From Podarcis vaucheri (Eukaryota): DNA of 64,000 nt. Under the pieces are notes generated by a model, which saw only the letters and a list, made by a program, of their open reading frames with translations, ran no database searches and was not told the DNA's origin. This document shows positions 36,507-49,500 of this stretch, one piece after another. The first letter of the stretch is position 1. Every line of letters begins with the position of its first letter. The stretch lies in NCBI GenBank assembly GCA_965113315.1, contig OZ220363.1; one strand, 5' to 3'. The translations under genes were made by a program, and so were the position numbers.

Positions 36507-36617
36507 TTGTTGTTATTGTTTAGTCGTTTAGTCGTGTCCGACTCTTTGTGACCCCATGGACCAGAGCACGCCAGGCACTCCTGTCTTCCACTGCCTCCTG
36601 CAGTTTGGTCAAACTCA
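36507..36617 (-). mobile_element. RTE-BovB 3' terminal fragment
   Basis: Reverse complement matches 15746-15845 and ends in GACTAAACGACTAAAC(AAC)n; 13-bp TSD TATGCTAAAGTAT (36494-36506, 36618-36630). Confidence 0.93.
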
Positions 36618-36728
36618 TATGCTAAAGTATATATCAATATATATGGCTGCTGTGGGACTCTATTCCTTTTTGGTATTCTTTTTGTCCCAGCGATCAACCT
36701 GCCCTCCCATTGCTACTAACTCCCCTTG

Positions 36729-36976
36729 GAGAGCCAGTGTGGTGTAGTGGTTAAGAGCGGTAGACTCGTAATCTGGTGAACTGGGTTCATGTCTCCGCTC
36801 CTCCACATGTAGCTGCTGGGTGACCTTGGGCTAGTCATACTTCTCTGAAGTCTCTCAGCCTCACTTACCTCACAGAGTGTTTGTTGTGGGGGAGGAAGGG
36901 AAAGGAGAATGTTAGCCGCTTTGAGTCTCCTTTGGGTAGTGATAAAGCAGGATATCAAATACAAACTCTTCTTCTT
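36729..36976 (+). mobile_element. tRNA/CORE-type SINE with (CTT)n tail (Squam3/MIR-like)
   Basis: A box TGGTGTAGTGG, B-box-like GGTTCATGTCTCC, CTT tail. Confidence 0.9.
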
Positions 36977-39900
36977 GGTAAGTTAATATCAATTTACGTA
37001 CTTTTGCAAGTTGCTTTCAAGACTCTTTCGACGTGGAAAGTGATGAATCAATTACTATTAATAATAAGGGTGTTGATCTTTGGAAAGGGAGGTACCGTAA
37101 ACAGCAAGTGGGTACACCTCGAAGGCTAGCTGACTCAATGCTCTTTCCCTTTCTCTCCTTTATAGGCTTCTGAATTGATGTAAACATTTGCGTTTTTACA
37201 GAGACGCAATGCCTGACCTGCAGAGAAACGATCCTGTCATGCCTATATGCAGAATGAGAGATTGCCCTGGTGAATTTTGGCTTTTCTTCCACTCCTTCCC
37301 TTTTATTGTCCTCTAGCCCTCTGCTGAATAGAAGAATGGAATCTAATTCTGAGCTGCTCTGAATTGTCTGGCTTAGAATATAGTAGAAGGAATTTCAAAA
37401 CCACTATTGTACTTTTGGAAGTAACATGGCGTGAATACAATGTGCAAGCTGAATCCACTAACTGGGGTCACACGATGGGGCTGTAGGAACAAAGAAAATG
37501 CATCATAAGGTTAACATGGCATGCATTGCCTCTCTCCGCCACTCCCGGAAATGTTCTGATCCAAATGCCACAAAGTGAAAGGTAACAAGATGATCATTTT
37601 GTGCTACTGGTCCAGCATGGGAACAGATTTTCACAATAGCCTTCCCTTTCTGGCAGTGAATTCCTTGACATCTCCAACTATACAGAGTGCCAATTGAAAT
37701 ACCGTTTGGCTTGGGAAGCTGCAGAGCTGGCAACGAACTGAGTGTGCACTGAGAGCTGGTTTTGAAATAAAGGCTTCATATATTGGTATCTCCTGAGAAT
37801 ATTGCTGAATATTTATCCAGCAGCTCCTAATTTGACAAACTTGCTCTAACAGCTTCTACAGGCTGTGGAATGTGTCTCAGCATCTTTCTTAAAGTGGGTC
37901 TTGTGACTTTTCTTCAGTCACTTAGTCCTGGCCTATTCATGCAGCAGAATGAAGTGGTAGAATCCTGAGGTGGTATACTGTGCCACTTCAGACTGCAGGT
38001 AGGTTATCACATTTTTGAATGCTCCCCAGTGAGCAAAGTGACTAGCACACCAGAAGGAAGAAGCGCCTGGCCTTGCTGTTCCAGCTTTCTTCTGGAATAA
38101 AGGGTATTCTTAATTTTTTTTTTTTTACACAGGGGGCAATTGTGTAAAAAATAAGAAAAAAATGAATTGAGTGCATGAAATGAGGTGAGTGTCTAAATAC
38201 AAAGCAGGTTCGTAGCTTCGGGACCAGGGCACCTTCTGCACAAGCCTGCCTGGCTAATGACATCTTCCATCCCTGTTTACTGCTGCCTACTGAGATGAGA
38301 CAGGTGGTGTCCCATCACAGGAACTTTTCAGTCACTGGCACTGTTCAGAAACAGGCACTTTCACAAGTGCCACATAACGCACATTCTGCTTTTGCAAGGA
38401 ATCATTCCTTGCAAATATCACTGGGAGAGAAAACCAGCTCTGAAAGAAAAAAGATTCTAGAAGAAGACTCTGCCCGACCACCCAGCTTTTGCCCTGGCAC
38501 CATGAACCTGGGTTTGGTGTCCCAGTGCCTTGGATTCTCAGTAGGATTGCACAGCATGCAATTGTCTATGCCTCTTTCCCTATACATACCCATGCCACGT
38601 TCTCTGGGCTTTGGAATATAACCCTCTGCTTTTCATTTTGCTCGGTTCATCTTCTATTTTCTCCCCATACCCTGTCCTGTCTTCAAATGAAGCGCAAAAT
38701 AACAAATGTGGAGAAGGGGGGTGGGAATAAGAAGAAAGCACAAATAAAATAAAATAAAAAAACAATTTAGACTCCCTCAAAGAGTCTTTTTAGTGGTCAT
38801 GAACTGGCTGATGGAGCTCATTCTTAAACCACCACAGTGGGGAGAACGGGCCAGCTTCCATCTGAAACAGCCACAACAGGCATCTTGGGCGGTGATGACA
38901 GTTTGCTGGCCCTAGTAAATTCCCTCTCCTCCCATGCTCAGGAGAGGCTATCTCTAAATAGGGTCGCAGTGAGCTTCCACACCTCTCTTGGCCATTTTGT
39001 TGTCTGGAAAGAAATCCACATGCCTTCTTCGTTTTGTTATCATTATGAACATTCTGCATTCTAGCCATGAACTTTGGCCGTTATACTAGGCACCGAGTAA
39101 CCGCATAACATACGGGATGTGGTCCCTGTCCAAAGAATTTACAGTCTCTCTAAGGCTGTGCAGTTAAAATCTCCTAAGCTGGATGAGAACTGACAAGTCA
39201 AAAGATTAAAGATGTAATAGAGGTGCTTAAGGAAACTAAAGAGTCACGAGATAAGTGTGTGTGTGTATGTGGTGGTGGTGGGGTCCTGCCAATGAGTCAG
39301 CAACAGATTTTTTTTAAAAAAATCTGCTAACCCAGGGTTAGGAAAAATGCTGAAACTTCCCAATGGAGAGGCTGGTAAAACAGTAAATTTGTTAAATTGT
39401 TTTAAGTCCTATACTGTTCAACATATATATTAATTATATGGAAATATAATTGAAACTATAGGAAGGGAGGATTGGCCCATAGGGAAAGAGAAGATTTCCA
39501 AATGGGCCATTCAAGGTGGGTCAGAGAAATATAGGAAGTTCTTTCTGCCTCAGAAGAGGCACTATGGCCCTGCTGAGAAATAAAGTTGAAGGGCCTAGGG
39601 CTTCTAACTCCCTCACCAGACACTTCCAAATGCCACAACACTGAGGTAAACCTTCAGCCTTAGCAAGGTGTTTTTTCTTTTCTTTTAAAACTCAAGCTAT
39701 GCTGACAAATGGATAGGTTAAGGGCAATTCCTGTGCATTATATTCCATAGACATCATCAAATCTCCACAGAGTCCTTGGAAGTCTATAGGCACCTAACGT
39801 TTGGCAGGAAACTTTCTCAACAGGAGGCATCAGAGAAACATAGACTTGTCTCACTTGTCAGAAAGAAGATAGTGGAGCATGATATGGTGTATGCTTTCTC

Positions 39901-40441
39901 ACATTCATATATATTTTATATGCTGGAAGGTGAAAGGGCGCCTTTGCTAAAACTGCTTTGTTGGTGAGAGAGAGTTGGTTTGTGTTGTCACCTTTGTACA
40001 TATTTATACAATGCAAGTGAAAGGGCACATTTGCTATCTCGGCGCTTGGAAGAGGTTATTATGGTGTCATTGTTGATGGTTTCCCAAAGTCGGTCCACGG
40101 GAGTGTTGCAGAGGTGGAAAAGGCACAGAGAGAATGATAGGCAATATAGATAGCTACTAACAGTAGGCTGACATGTTAGAGTCATTCTTTCTCAATGTGG
40201 CGCTTCTCCTTATGCAAAAAGTCCCTTGTGCAAAGTGCACTGCATGCTATCATAGGAACATAGTTGTAGAAATGTGTTGATTTATCTCATGGAAGTTTGT
40301 TGGCCAGGCAATTTAAAACAAACTGTAAACTGCATTGCTGTTTCTGTGATTTACTAAAGGATACTCTGTCAAATTAACTTTGGAATGCCATAACACTTTG
40401 AATCTAAGTCTTAGATAGTATGGCTAAGGGCTTGGCAGTCG

Positions 40442-40992
40442 CAGACCCTCCAAGTGTCCCTTTTTTCCAGGGACGTCCCTGATTTAGAGAAGCTGCCCTG
40501 GTTTATTATTTGATCCCGGAATGTCCACTTTTCCTTAGAATGTCCCTATTTTCACTGGTGAAATGTTGGAGGGTATGGAGTTATCCAACCCTGAGCCATC
40601 TGAAGGCAATTCTGTACAGTCAAACCTTGGTTCCTGAATGGCTCCATTTTGGAACGTTTCGGCTCCTGAACACCAAAACCCCGGGAGTAAATGCTCTGGT
40701 TTTCTAACGTTTTTTGGAAGCCGAACATCTGACACGGCTTCCGCTTGAGTACAGGAAGCTCTTGCAACCAATCGGAAGCCGTGCCTCGGTTGTCAAACAT
40801 TTGGGAAGCCAGCCGAACGGGCTTCCGGAACAGATTATGTTCAACAACCAAGGTTTGACTGTATAGGGAAGGTTTTATTTGGTGTTTTTTTAAAGTTTAA
40901 TGGTTTATTATGTTTTTATATATTTTGGGACCCGCCAAGAGTGGCTGGGGCAACCCAGTAAGATGTGTGGGGAATAAGTAGTAAAATTATCA
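40442..40992 (+). mobile_element. Composite non-autonomous DNA element interrupted by a MITE
   Basis: CAGACCCTCCAAGTGTCCC start; aligns with the 14570-14817 and 24428-24820 copies. Confidence 0.82.
40617..40861. mobile_element. Tc1/mariner (Tigger-like) MITE
   Basis: Perfect 16-bp TIR CAGTCAAACCTTGGTT / AACCAAGGTTTGACTG; TA duplicated; the empty site CTGTATAGGGAAGG is visible in the paralogous host at about 14632-14645. Confidence 0.95.
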
Positions 40993-41435
40993 TTGCCAAA
41001 TTTCTTATGATGCTTTTATGCTTGGTCATCTACTTTTCCCAGGGTTCCCATATCGGAAGATCAACATGCATATGTATGGCATCATGGGTTAAGGAGATTA
41101 TACCTAAAGGTGTGTGTCTGTGTGGGTTAGCTGAGATCTTTCTCTGCCCTTTTAATATTCCTGGGGGGGAAATATACAAGTGTTGTAAACAAGCAATTCT
41201 AAATAAGCCTCTACTATGCAATTTCCCCCTAAATTGGAGTAAGGCTTTTCTGTTGAATCATCAGAATTGTGAGACTGTGTGCAAAGAAAACCCAAGAGGG
41301 GCCACCATTTAATTTTTTGAACGCTAGGGACAGGGAAAGTCAAAGAAGAATGGGTAACAATACACAGTGGTTACAGATGGCAACTTGCAGTTTGGAGATG
41401 GTCCTGAAATTTTGTTAGAGATCTGTAGTCCCTCT

Positions 41436-41715
41436 CAGTGTTATTTTTCTCAAAAAAGAGGAGCTGGAACCAGTGTTTTTTTCTTAAAAAAATGTTTAGG
41501 GGTACTCTCATTTTCCTAACTCATATTGAAATACTGCCCTTCAATGAGGCCAAACTCAGAGTCACAAAATGTTTAGGGGTATGTGTACCCCTGTGAGTCC
41601 CAGAAAAAAAGCACTCGCCAGAATTCACCATGAACGCCTCCCTTGCTCTCTTATAATAGCAATGGTGCCCACCTGAGAGGTGCTGGAACTGAGTTCCAGT
41701 TGAAAAAAAGTCCTG
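41436..41715. mobile_element. hAT MITE (outer)
   Basis: Perfect 8-bp TSD GTCCCTCT (41428-41435, 41716-41723); ends CAGTGTTATTTTTC / GAAAAAAAGTCCTG. Confidence 0.88.
41471..41616. mobile_element. hAT MITE (inner, CAGTGCTTTTTT family)
   Basis: Homologous to 22165-22313; degenerate 8-bp TSD GCTGGAAC/GCCAGAAT. Confidence 0.85.
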
Positions 41716-43256
41716 GTCCCTCTCACAGAACTCTGGTTGTCAGGATACATTGGGGAGAGAAATTGTTTAAACCAAATTAAGTCAGTTATATCATAGGGAT
41801 ATCATAGCAAGCAAAGAACATTGCACCTAGAATGATGTTTACAGAATAGGAAAGTCAGATGCATATATTGTATGTTCCTTAAAGCAGTTTGTGTGTATAT
41901 CAGGTCGGTTTAAGTCAAGTCATTTGAAAATGCCACTCAACGGTACAGAGAAATTTCTGGAAGTGTATGCTCTATCCTGAACTTGCTTGTTAGCAATTTA
42001 ATACAAAGATTCACTTGATGGCAGCTGTGATAGTTTTGGAACCTCTGAGTATTTTTGTTTTGTTTATTTGGGCAACCTGTAGGAGCAACTTTTTACCAAA
42101 ATCTCTTTTTCCTGTCAGAGAATATCTGGAAATTTTCAGGGAGAGGAAGGTTTATCTGCTCTGCCCCCATTCCACCAGCCTTCTAAAGCTTTTAAATTAA
42201 CTTCTGGTGAATCCTAATAAATTTCACACCTTGTTTTTATAAGGGGGAAAATCTAGTTTACTGTGCCCTACGCTAACAAAATAGCTTAGAGCAGCACTAT
42301 TTATCTTAACTTAACCACATGATTCAAATTTTCTTCATGACATGCAGTCCCCAAAATATTTTTAGATATCCTGCAGTGACCCCCAACCCAAAATGCAATT
42401 AAATAATAGAATTTGTTCCGTGGGAAAGCTGTGCAGGTTATTATTGAAGCTTAGCAAAGCAGTTCCAGCCATTAATTTGCTTGTGGCAAATTATTTTTGC
42501 CGTGTTGGGATTCACCTGGTAGGAAGCCATTGCTTGGTAGGTGGTCATCTGAATTCACCCTGTGTGTTAATTAGATTGCCAACGTTTTTCTTGGGACCTG
42601 CTCCCATGCCGAACAGCTTGAACTACAGGCATTAACAAGTGACAATTCAGCCTGATTCAAGAAATCTTTTGGCAATTTTTAGTGGTAGCAAGGGCTATAA
42701 GGAATTCCAAAATTCACTGCAGAGTCAATCCTACACTTCCTTGGTTGTTTTCACAAGGGAATAAGACACTTCCCCCTCCTCTACAACATCCCATCCAGGA
42801 AGCAAAGGACACAGATTTACCGGGGATGTTTTTTTGTTCTTGCCACAAACCTTACTGGAATTAATGGCAGCTTCACATTCATTTTAATGGAGCTTGTGCA
42901 GGTGGGCTGTGTTAATAATGTAAAAAAAAATCTGCTTGAAAAAAATAGTAAGAACCCATATCTATAGGCTGCCCCCAGCAGACCATGGTGCACCAACATC
43001 TAACTACATTGAGCAGCATCCTTGGCTGAGTGGTAGAGCACATGTCTTGCATACAGCCTGAATCCCAGCAGGATCTAAAAGGATCTTTGGTTGCAGGACT
43101 TTTGCTTTGGATCTTGGAGAGCTACTACCATCCAGAATAGTAGACAATATTTAAGCTAGACAATCAGATTCTCTATAAGATACATAATGTGTCATCTATT
43201 ATTTCCAGACCGCATCCTAGAGGTAAACCAAGCCAGCTTTTACTACCCGCTATTGA

Positions 43257-43600
43257 GGGACTCGGGTGGCACTGTGGGTTAAACCACAGAGCCTAGGACT
43301 TGCCAATCAGAAGGTCGGCGGTTCGAATCCCCACAATGGGGTGTGTTCCCGTTGCTCGGTCCCTGCTCCTGCAAACCTAGCAGTTCGAAAGCATGTCAAA
43401 GTGCAAGTAGATAAATAGGTACCACTCCAGCAGGAAGGTAAACGGCATTTCCATGCGCTGCTCTGGTTTACCAGAAGCGACTTAGTCATGCTGGCCACAT
43501 GACCCGGAAGCTGTACACCGGCTCCCTCGGCCAATAAAGCGAGATGAGCGCCGCAATCCCAGAGTCGGTCACGACTGGACCTAATGGTCAGGGGTCCCTT
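43257..43600 (+). mobile_element. Sauria SINE
   Basis: Full head with A/B boxes; TSD TATTGA (43251-43256, 43601-43606). Confidence 0.95.
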
Positions 43601-45972
43601 TATTGATGTGCAGCTCAAGGGTATATAAGTGGATATGGAGTTCTTTCTTTTGGTTCAGGCAAGCAACCATTTTTCTCCTTCTGGACTATGTGTGCAGTAT
43701 GCCCTGTACCGTTTGAGTGTCCAGAAAGGGATAGCTTGAAAATTGGTTATGCTGGCTGGATGCCCCTTAAGGGCAATAGCTGCTCCATGATTTGTTTGGG
43801 GGCCACAAGAAACACAGGATGAGACTCAAGCAGTTAATAAAAAAAGCAAAAAAGCTTCCCTGGCTTTATGTAATCCTAATATGATAATCTTCTTCAGTAA
43901 TTCGATACGTGCCCTTTGCCCTGTGAGGGCTAATGAGACAAAGTTCCACAGAAAATTAATTTTTAAAAGCCCATGCAAAGCCAAGGGCTTTTTTTGTTTT
44001 GTTTTAGAAGAAAGATGTTGGCTCTCGCTTTGTGAAAGCTCCTTTATCACGCACACAGGGGAGAAGCTTTCACAATTAAAAGTAATGTGCAAAGAAAACC
44101 AGTGGTGTTTGAGCAGCGGTTTTAGCTCTATTAGAAAAAAAACACAACTGATTGAATTTATTTAAAGCGTGGTTTGGGATTGTGGCTAGCGGGTGCTCCA
44201 GCTCTACAAATAAATGATCACGCCAGCATCACCTTGGAAAGGGAGAAGAGTGAGCGGCCTCCCTCCGCTAGCCTCTTGCCAAGTTCTAGTTAACCTAGTT
44301 ACAGTAAAGCCATTGTTGTATATTTAATGGAGCAAGCCCGCAAATCCACAGAGCATTTAGGATTTGCAGCGAGCGATCGTCACATGCTCTAGCTGCAACA
44401 GCTCAGTGGCTTACATGCTATCGGAGGTGGAGGGTGTCCAGGTGGAAATTCAAGAGACTTGTCAAATTCAAAGACGGTTCTGAAATAAAGGAATGTCTGC
44501 ACAGGCGTTAGGCTTGTGGATATCTGGATGCATTGAGAATGGTGTAGCCTGAATGCAGGAGCCTGTGAAGCTGTCTTATACTTAGTCAGATTGTTGATTC
44601 ACCTAGCTCAGTAGGCACCCCTACAGGGGTCTTTACTTATTCTACCTGGACATGGCAAGGCTTGAAACGTGGACCTTTTACATGCAAAGGATGTGCTCTA
44701 TTACTGGACCACAGTCCTCCTCCAAAGTTGAGCCAGGGTCACAGGGGTATCTTGCTCTTCATATTATCAGCATAAGCAGGGCCAGTCCTGCCATTAGGTA
44801 GAGTGAGGCACCTGCCTCATGCAAATAACTGTCAACTTTTCAGGTGTGGGGAATATTTGGTCCTCTAGATATCACCAAACTATAATTCCCATCAGCCTCA
44901 GTAAGCAGAGGTTATGGCAGTTGCAGCTCAGCAACATCTGGAATGGCAAAAATCCCCACACCTGTCCTCTATTTACCTGTGAAGTGTTGGATGGGATGGT
45001 TACCCCAGGATAGCACTGAACTCAGTTCAGCCTTTGATTTGTTTACATATTTAAGGGGTAAATCAGTGCTGAAGTGAGATGAAACAAGACTTGGCAAAAT
45101 CTGTGTACCCTGAAGAAGCAGACTGAATATCAGGATTATATCTGATATGTGAAGTTCAAAAGTTCCACAGAGAAACCCAGTGACCCGTGAGTGATGCAAG
45201 ACAGTCAGTAAAAGATGCTGGGTTGAAACACCTTTGGTATGCTTCATTTCTCCAGATAATAACTCCCAACTTAACTGCATAAACAGGTGCTAACAATACT
45301 ACTTAAGAATGAAAATGATGTACGGTGGTGGGGAAACTGGAAGCTAAAGGAAAAGCAAATGTGAATACAAGAATTGTAAGAGCAACTTCAGCATGGTGAG
45401 ACCAAAGGCCTACTATGACCAAGGCCTACTTGGCCATGGAGGAGTCTTTGCAAAGTGTGTGTGTGTGGAATGATGGAGGAAGAAGTGCAGGATCCACCCA
45501 TTTGCTGCTCTATTTTGTTTTGCTGCTGGCCAGTCATGTGGAGCAGTAGGCAGGCAGCTACTTAAGTGTGTGTATGTGTGCGCGCACGTTCATTGGGGGG
45601 GGGGGATCATGGAAACTGATTTCCATGAATGGAAGCCAGTTTCTTGGTTTGCTGCTTGAGGGACATCTTGAAAAGGGGGAGTTGAGGGAAGAAATGCAGT
45701 AACTGTCCTGTTTCTGCTGTGCTTGTTTTGCTGCCTGTGGGCATCTGGAGCAGGCAGTTCCATGAGAAGTCCTCATTTGAATATGAGGGTGGGGGATAAA
45801 ATATGACAACCTTTTCTTGTTTCTGCTGCATGCCATACAACAGGGATTGCTCTTAAGTTTTTTTGGGGGGGCAGTGCAGACATACTATCATCACATTTTT
45901 CTTTATTGTTCTCAAGTTTCTTTCTTGTGGGGAAGGAAGGCCAGTGCTGAGGGAGAGGGACCCAGTGCAGTG

Positions 45973-45973
45973 A

Positions 45974-46012
<39 letters not shown>
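45973..46012. repeat. (CAT)n microsatellite at an L2 tail
   Basis: Directly visible. Confidence 0.97.
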
Positions 46013-46340
46013 TTAATTAAATTTATATTCTGCCCTTTCTCCCAAAAGGAGCCCAGGGCAGTAAAAACCGAGTGATGAAACAAGAAAAACATACTTAAAA
46101 CAATTTCAGGACAGATGCAGGCTGGGACAAACGTCTCCACTTAAAAAGTTTATTGGAAAAGCCAAAAAGGCAACAGAGACAGTGCCTGTCTAATATTTAA
46201 GGAGAGGAAATTCCGAAAGGCAGATGCCACAAGGCTAAAGGGCCAGATCCTATATTGTGCAGAAAGGACCTCCTGATAACATGGTATCTGCAGAAGGCCC
46301 TCGCCTCCATAACACAGTGGTTGACTGGGTATATAAGGAG
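46012..46340 (-). mobile_element. L2-like LINE 3' end
   Basis: TTTATATTCTGCCCTTTCTCCCAAAAGGAGCCCAGGGCAG terminal motif followed by L2-like 3' sequence. Confidence 0.7.
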
Positions 46341-46651
46341 TGAGACAATTTTTCAGGTTGTTGTCATTATCATCACCATTGTTTTCCTAATTGTTGCCAA
46401 GTTGTTTGGGTGCAGGGCAGTTCAAAGGCATCAACATAACTTTACCATCCTAGTTAGTATCACATTTTTCCTGGTTGTACCCAAGGGTTCCTTTTGTGTG
46501 TATGTGTGTGTGTGGGGGGGGGAGAGCACCAATTCCAGAGGCATTGTTGTTATTATTACCTTTTCCTCCTGCTTCGCCCAAACTGGATTTGGTCCCAAGT
46601 TGTTTGGGGAGTGGGTAGCATAGCGCAAAGGCAGAAACATTGCTGTTATCA

Positions 46652-46786
46652 TAAGGTTACCAGATTTTTTCCCCAGTGAGTCCGGGGACACTTTTCAACT
46701 TCAGATGAATTCAGTGGATTTTGTAAGGGGACTGACTTGTAAATCTGGCGACTGTCCCTGGGAAACGGGGATGTCTGGTAACCTTA
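46652..46786. mobile_element. hAT MITE
   Basis: Perfect 13-bp TIR TAAGGTTACCAGA / TCTGGTAACCTTA; perfect 8-bp TSD TGTTATCA. Confidence 0.93.
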
Positions 46787-47082
46787 TGTTATCATCTCAT
46801 TCATCCCTAATGTTCACATAGCCATGTTTGTAGAGGTGAACAAATACAGCTCGTCCAAAAGGGCTGCACACAGGACCCCATGAGTCATACATTTGCCACT
46901 GGTTAAAGTCAAATCTTACCTCTGCCACTGTGTGGTCTTGAAAACATCACTCTCAACTTCAGCGATCCTTTTTGAAACTGAGGGTACAGATATGATGATG
47001 TTTCTCAGAGAACTGTGAGAGATAATATGAAAAAGATTGCAGCAAAGCACTTTGTAATTTATAGACAGTGTAAACAATCCAT

Positions 47083-47449
47083 AGGTAAATGTAAAGGGAC
47101 CCCCGACTGTTAGGTCCAGTCGCGAATGACTTTGGGGTTGCGGCGCTCATCTCACTTTACTGGCTGAGAGAGCCAGAGTTTGTCCGCAGACAGTTTTTCC
47201 GGGTCATGTGGCCAGCATGACTAAGCTGCTTCTGGCGAAACCAGAGCAGCGCACAGAAACACCGTTTACCTTCCTGCTGGAGTGGTACCTATTTATCTAC
47301 TTGCACTTTGACGTGCTTTCGAACTGCTAGATTGGCAGGAGCAGGGACCGAACCACAGGAGCTCACCCCGTCGTGGGGATTCGAACTGCTGATCTTCTAA
47401 TCGGCAAGCCCTAAGCTCTGTGGTTTAGACCACAGTGCCACCTGTGTCC
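47083..47449 (-). mobile_element. Sauria SINE
   Basis: Homologous to the other copies; flanking TCCATAG repeat. Confidence 0.94.
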
Positions 47450-49254
47450 ATAGTAGTGACTTATTTTAATTTGATGCAGCCATGCCAGCAGTAAAAACAC
47501 AAGATGGTTTTAGCTGTAGTCCTGACCCTAGTTGAGTCTGCTTGTTTGTACTTGGCTTCTAGCTTCTACAGACTGACACCCTGTTCATGTGATTTTGTTG
47601 CCAAATCTTGCTTGATTTTTTTAGGCACTCACCATCTATTAATTTGGAGAATAAGTATTTTTAAAAATGTTATCTTTGGAGCTTGGAACTATGACCTGCA
47701 GGAGGGGGGGGGATATAACTGAGCAAAACAAGCTGAGTGCATGTCTGGGTAGCAGGAATATTTGTAGTTTGAGTAGAGATAGAAGCCTTAGTACCAGTAT
47801 CTCTTCCACTGACTTGGCAAACATCTTTGAATAGTCTCAGTCCTTCACTTTCCCCTCTTTCGGCAAATGAAATAAGCTCAACACAAGGATTTTGTGCAGT
47901 CTAATATTTTTGTAGAGACATGAAGGCTTGCCAGGACCACATCATGAGCAGCAGTCTGGGCTCAAACCCAGACATGGATGAACCCACCAGCTCCACTGGA
48001 GCAGTGGCATCACCGGTAACCAACCTGGGCTCCAGCACCATGACTTGGCTTGAGTCCATCAGATTGGGGGCCCTTGAGACAGGGACCCATGAATCAGGAT
48101 CTCTGGAGTCCATGCTCTCTGAGCTTGCACCCTTGAGGAATTAGGCCTGGAAGCCACATCTCCCCTGTGAGCCTGGAGTCAAAGGAATCCAAAAGCTTTG
48201 AGCTGGACCTGGACCTTTGAGCCTTCAGCCAAGTCCCAGACATTGTTGGAGCAAGTTGTTCACTTGGAGCTTCCCATGGGCTTCGAGTCAAGGTCAGGAC
48301 AGGACAAGGTCCTTGAATGAAATGTGCTCCTTGGGTATTGGGGGTGGGCAATGAAGGGTGGAAAAAACTTGTTCAGTGAGGACAAGGTCAGGGCAGGCTG
48401 GAGCCATGGACTTCTTCCTGTCCACATGAAGGACTAGTTGATGTCTCCATCCAGAGAAAAGAAGCTGCCAAAAGCTGCAACATTTAATCACACACTAAAT
48501 GTTTTCCCAGGATGTCTGAATGCACATCCAGCCATGATATCTGTGGCTTGACCTTGCTCAGTTTTCCATGGTCTGATGAAGAGGGTGATTGTCCAAAATT
48601 TGCTCTTTTCAAATGTGTGGTTAGGCCAGTAAAAGGGATCACACCTTCAGCGTCTTGTTTTAAAATTATTTTTGTAAAATGTTTGGGAAATGATGTAACG
48701 GCAAAGGCTGAAATAAAAGGAGAGCTCTCCCTTCCCCCTTGCATTTCAGAAAGAGTATTGGATGACATTAAGGCAGTGTCAGTCCAGGGTCAGTATCAAA
48801 AGCTGCTAGAGACAGAGAGAAAAGGAGTGACGACTGGGACACTTATTTGTAAAAATAATGTACATGCTTGAGTCTAAGGTGTGGCTGAACTGTTTTAAAG
48901 ACTTCATTTTTCTTCTAGTTCACAGAAAATCTTCTGTTAAGGAAGAAAAATGATTTGTTTGATTCTGGTTCTGCAGTAAGTTTTGACTTCCCCCCCACCA
49001 GCCTAGCTTGGTTCTGGGGAACAGTGATCTGTCTTCCTGGGGCAGTTTGGCATCAGCCTAGATTGCTGGCACAGCTGTAACTATCAGTGCCATTCACTAG
49101 AGTCAGATACATTTTCTGGGATTACACCTTTCTTATATTTAAGGGACTTTGTTCATAACAAGAATTATGGAGTGTGGCAGACGGCAGAGAGGGGTGGAAA
49201 CGTCCAATCTTTTCTCAACCCAGTCTGCCCTAACCAGGCATAACAAAGTGACCA

Positions 49255-49403
49255 CCCTCTTTACCTGTGTACCAGGTTTGAGCACTGGACTTGAACTGGG
49301 AAGAACCAGGCTCAAATCCTGGCTTCTGACATTCACTGGATGGTCTCAGGTCAGATGATCTTGCTCAGCCTGACCTATCTCTCATTGAGTTGTGAGGAGG
49401 ATA

Positions 49404-49444
<41 letters not shown>

Positions 49445-49500
49445 GATGTACACCAACCTGAGTATAATGGATGAACAGCAGGATAAAAATGTAATTAAAA
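49255..49500 (+). mobile_element. Old MIR/CORE-like SINE with (TG)n expansion at 49406-49441
   Basis: CCAGGCTCAAATCC B-box-like motif and CTCAGCCTGACCTATCTC...GTTGTGAGGA core; similar remnants at 19600-19745 and 52075-52260. Confidence 0.65.

Noticed and set aside
37011-37107. Frame FQDSFDVESDESITINNKGVDLWKGRYRKQQ, faintly SH3-like
   Set aside because: Weak splice sites, lacks the SH3 ALYDY and GxxP motifs, and no recognisable homolog.
40030-40140. GVIVDGFPK resembling the adenylate kinase LDGFPR motif
   Set aside because: Too short, flanked by stops, and no splice context.
48572-48610. CTGATGA as a second hammerhead core
   Set aside because: No stem II, GAAA or stem I pairing follows.
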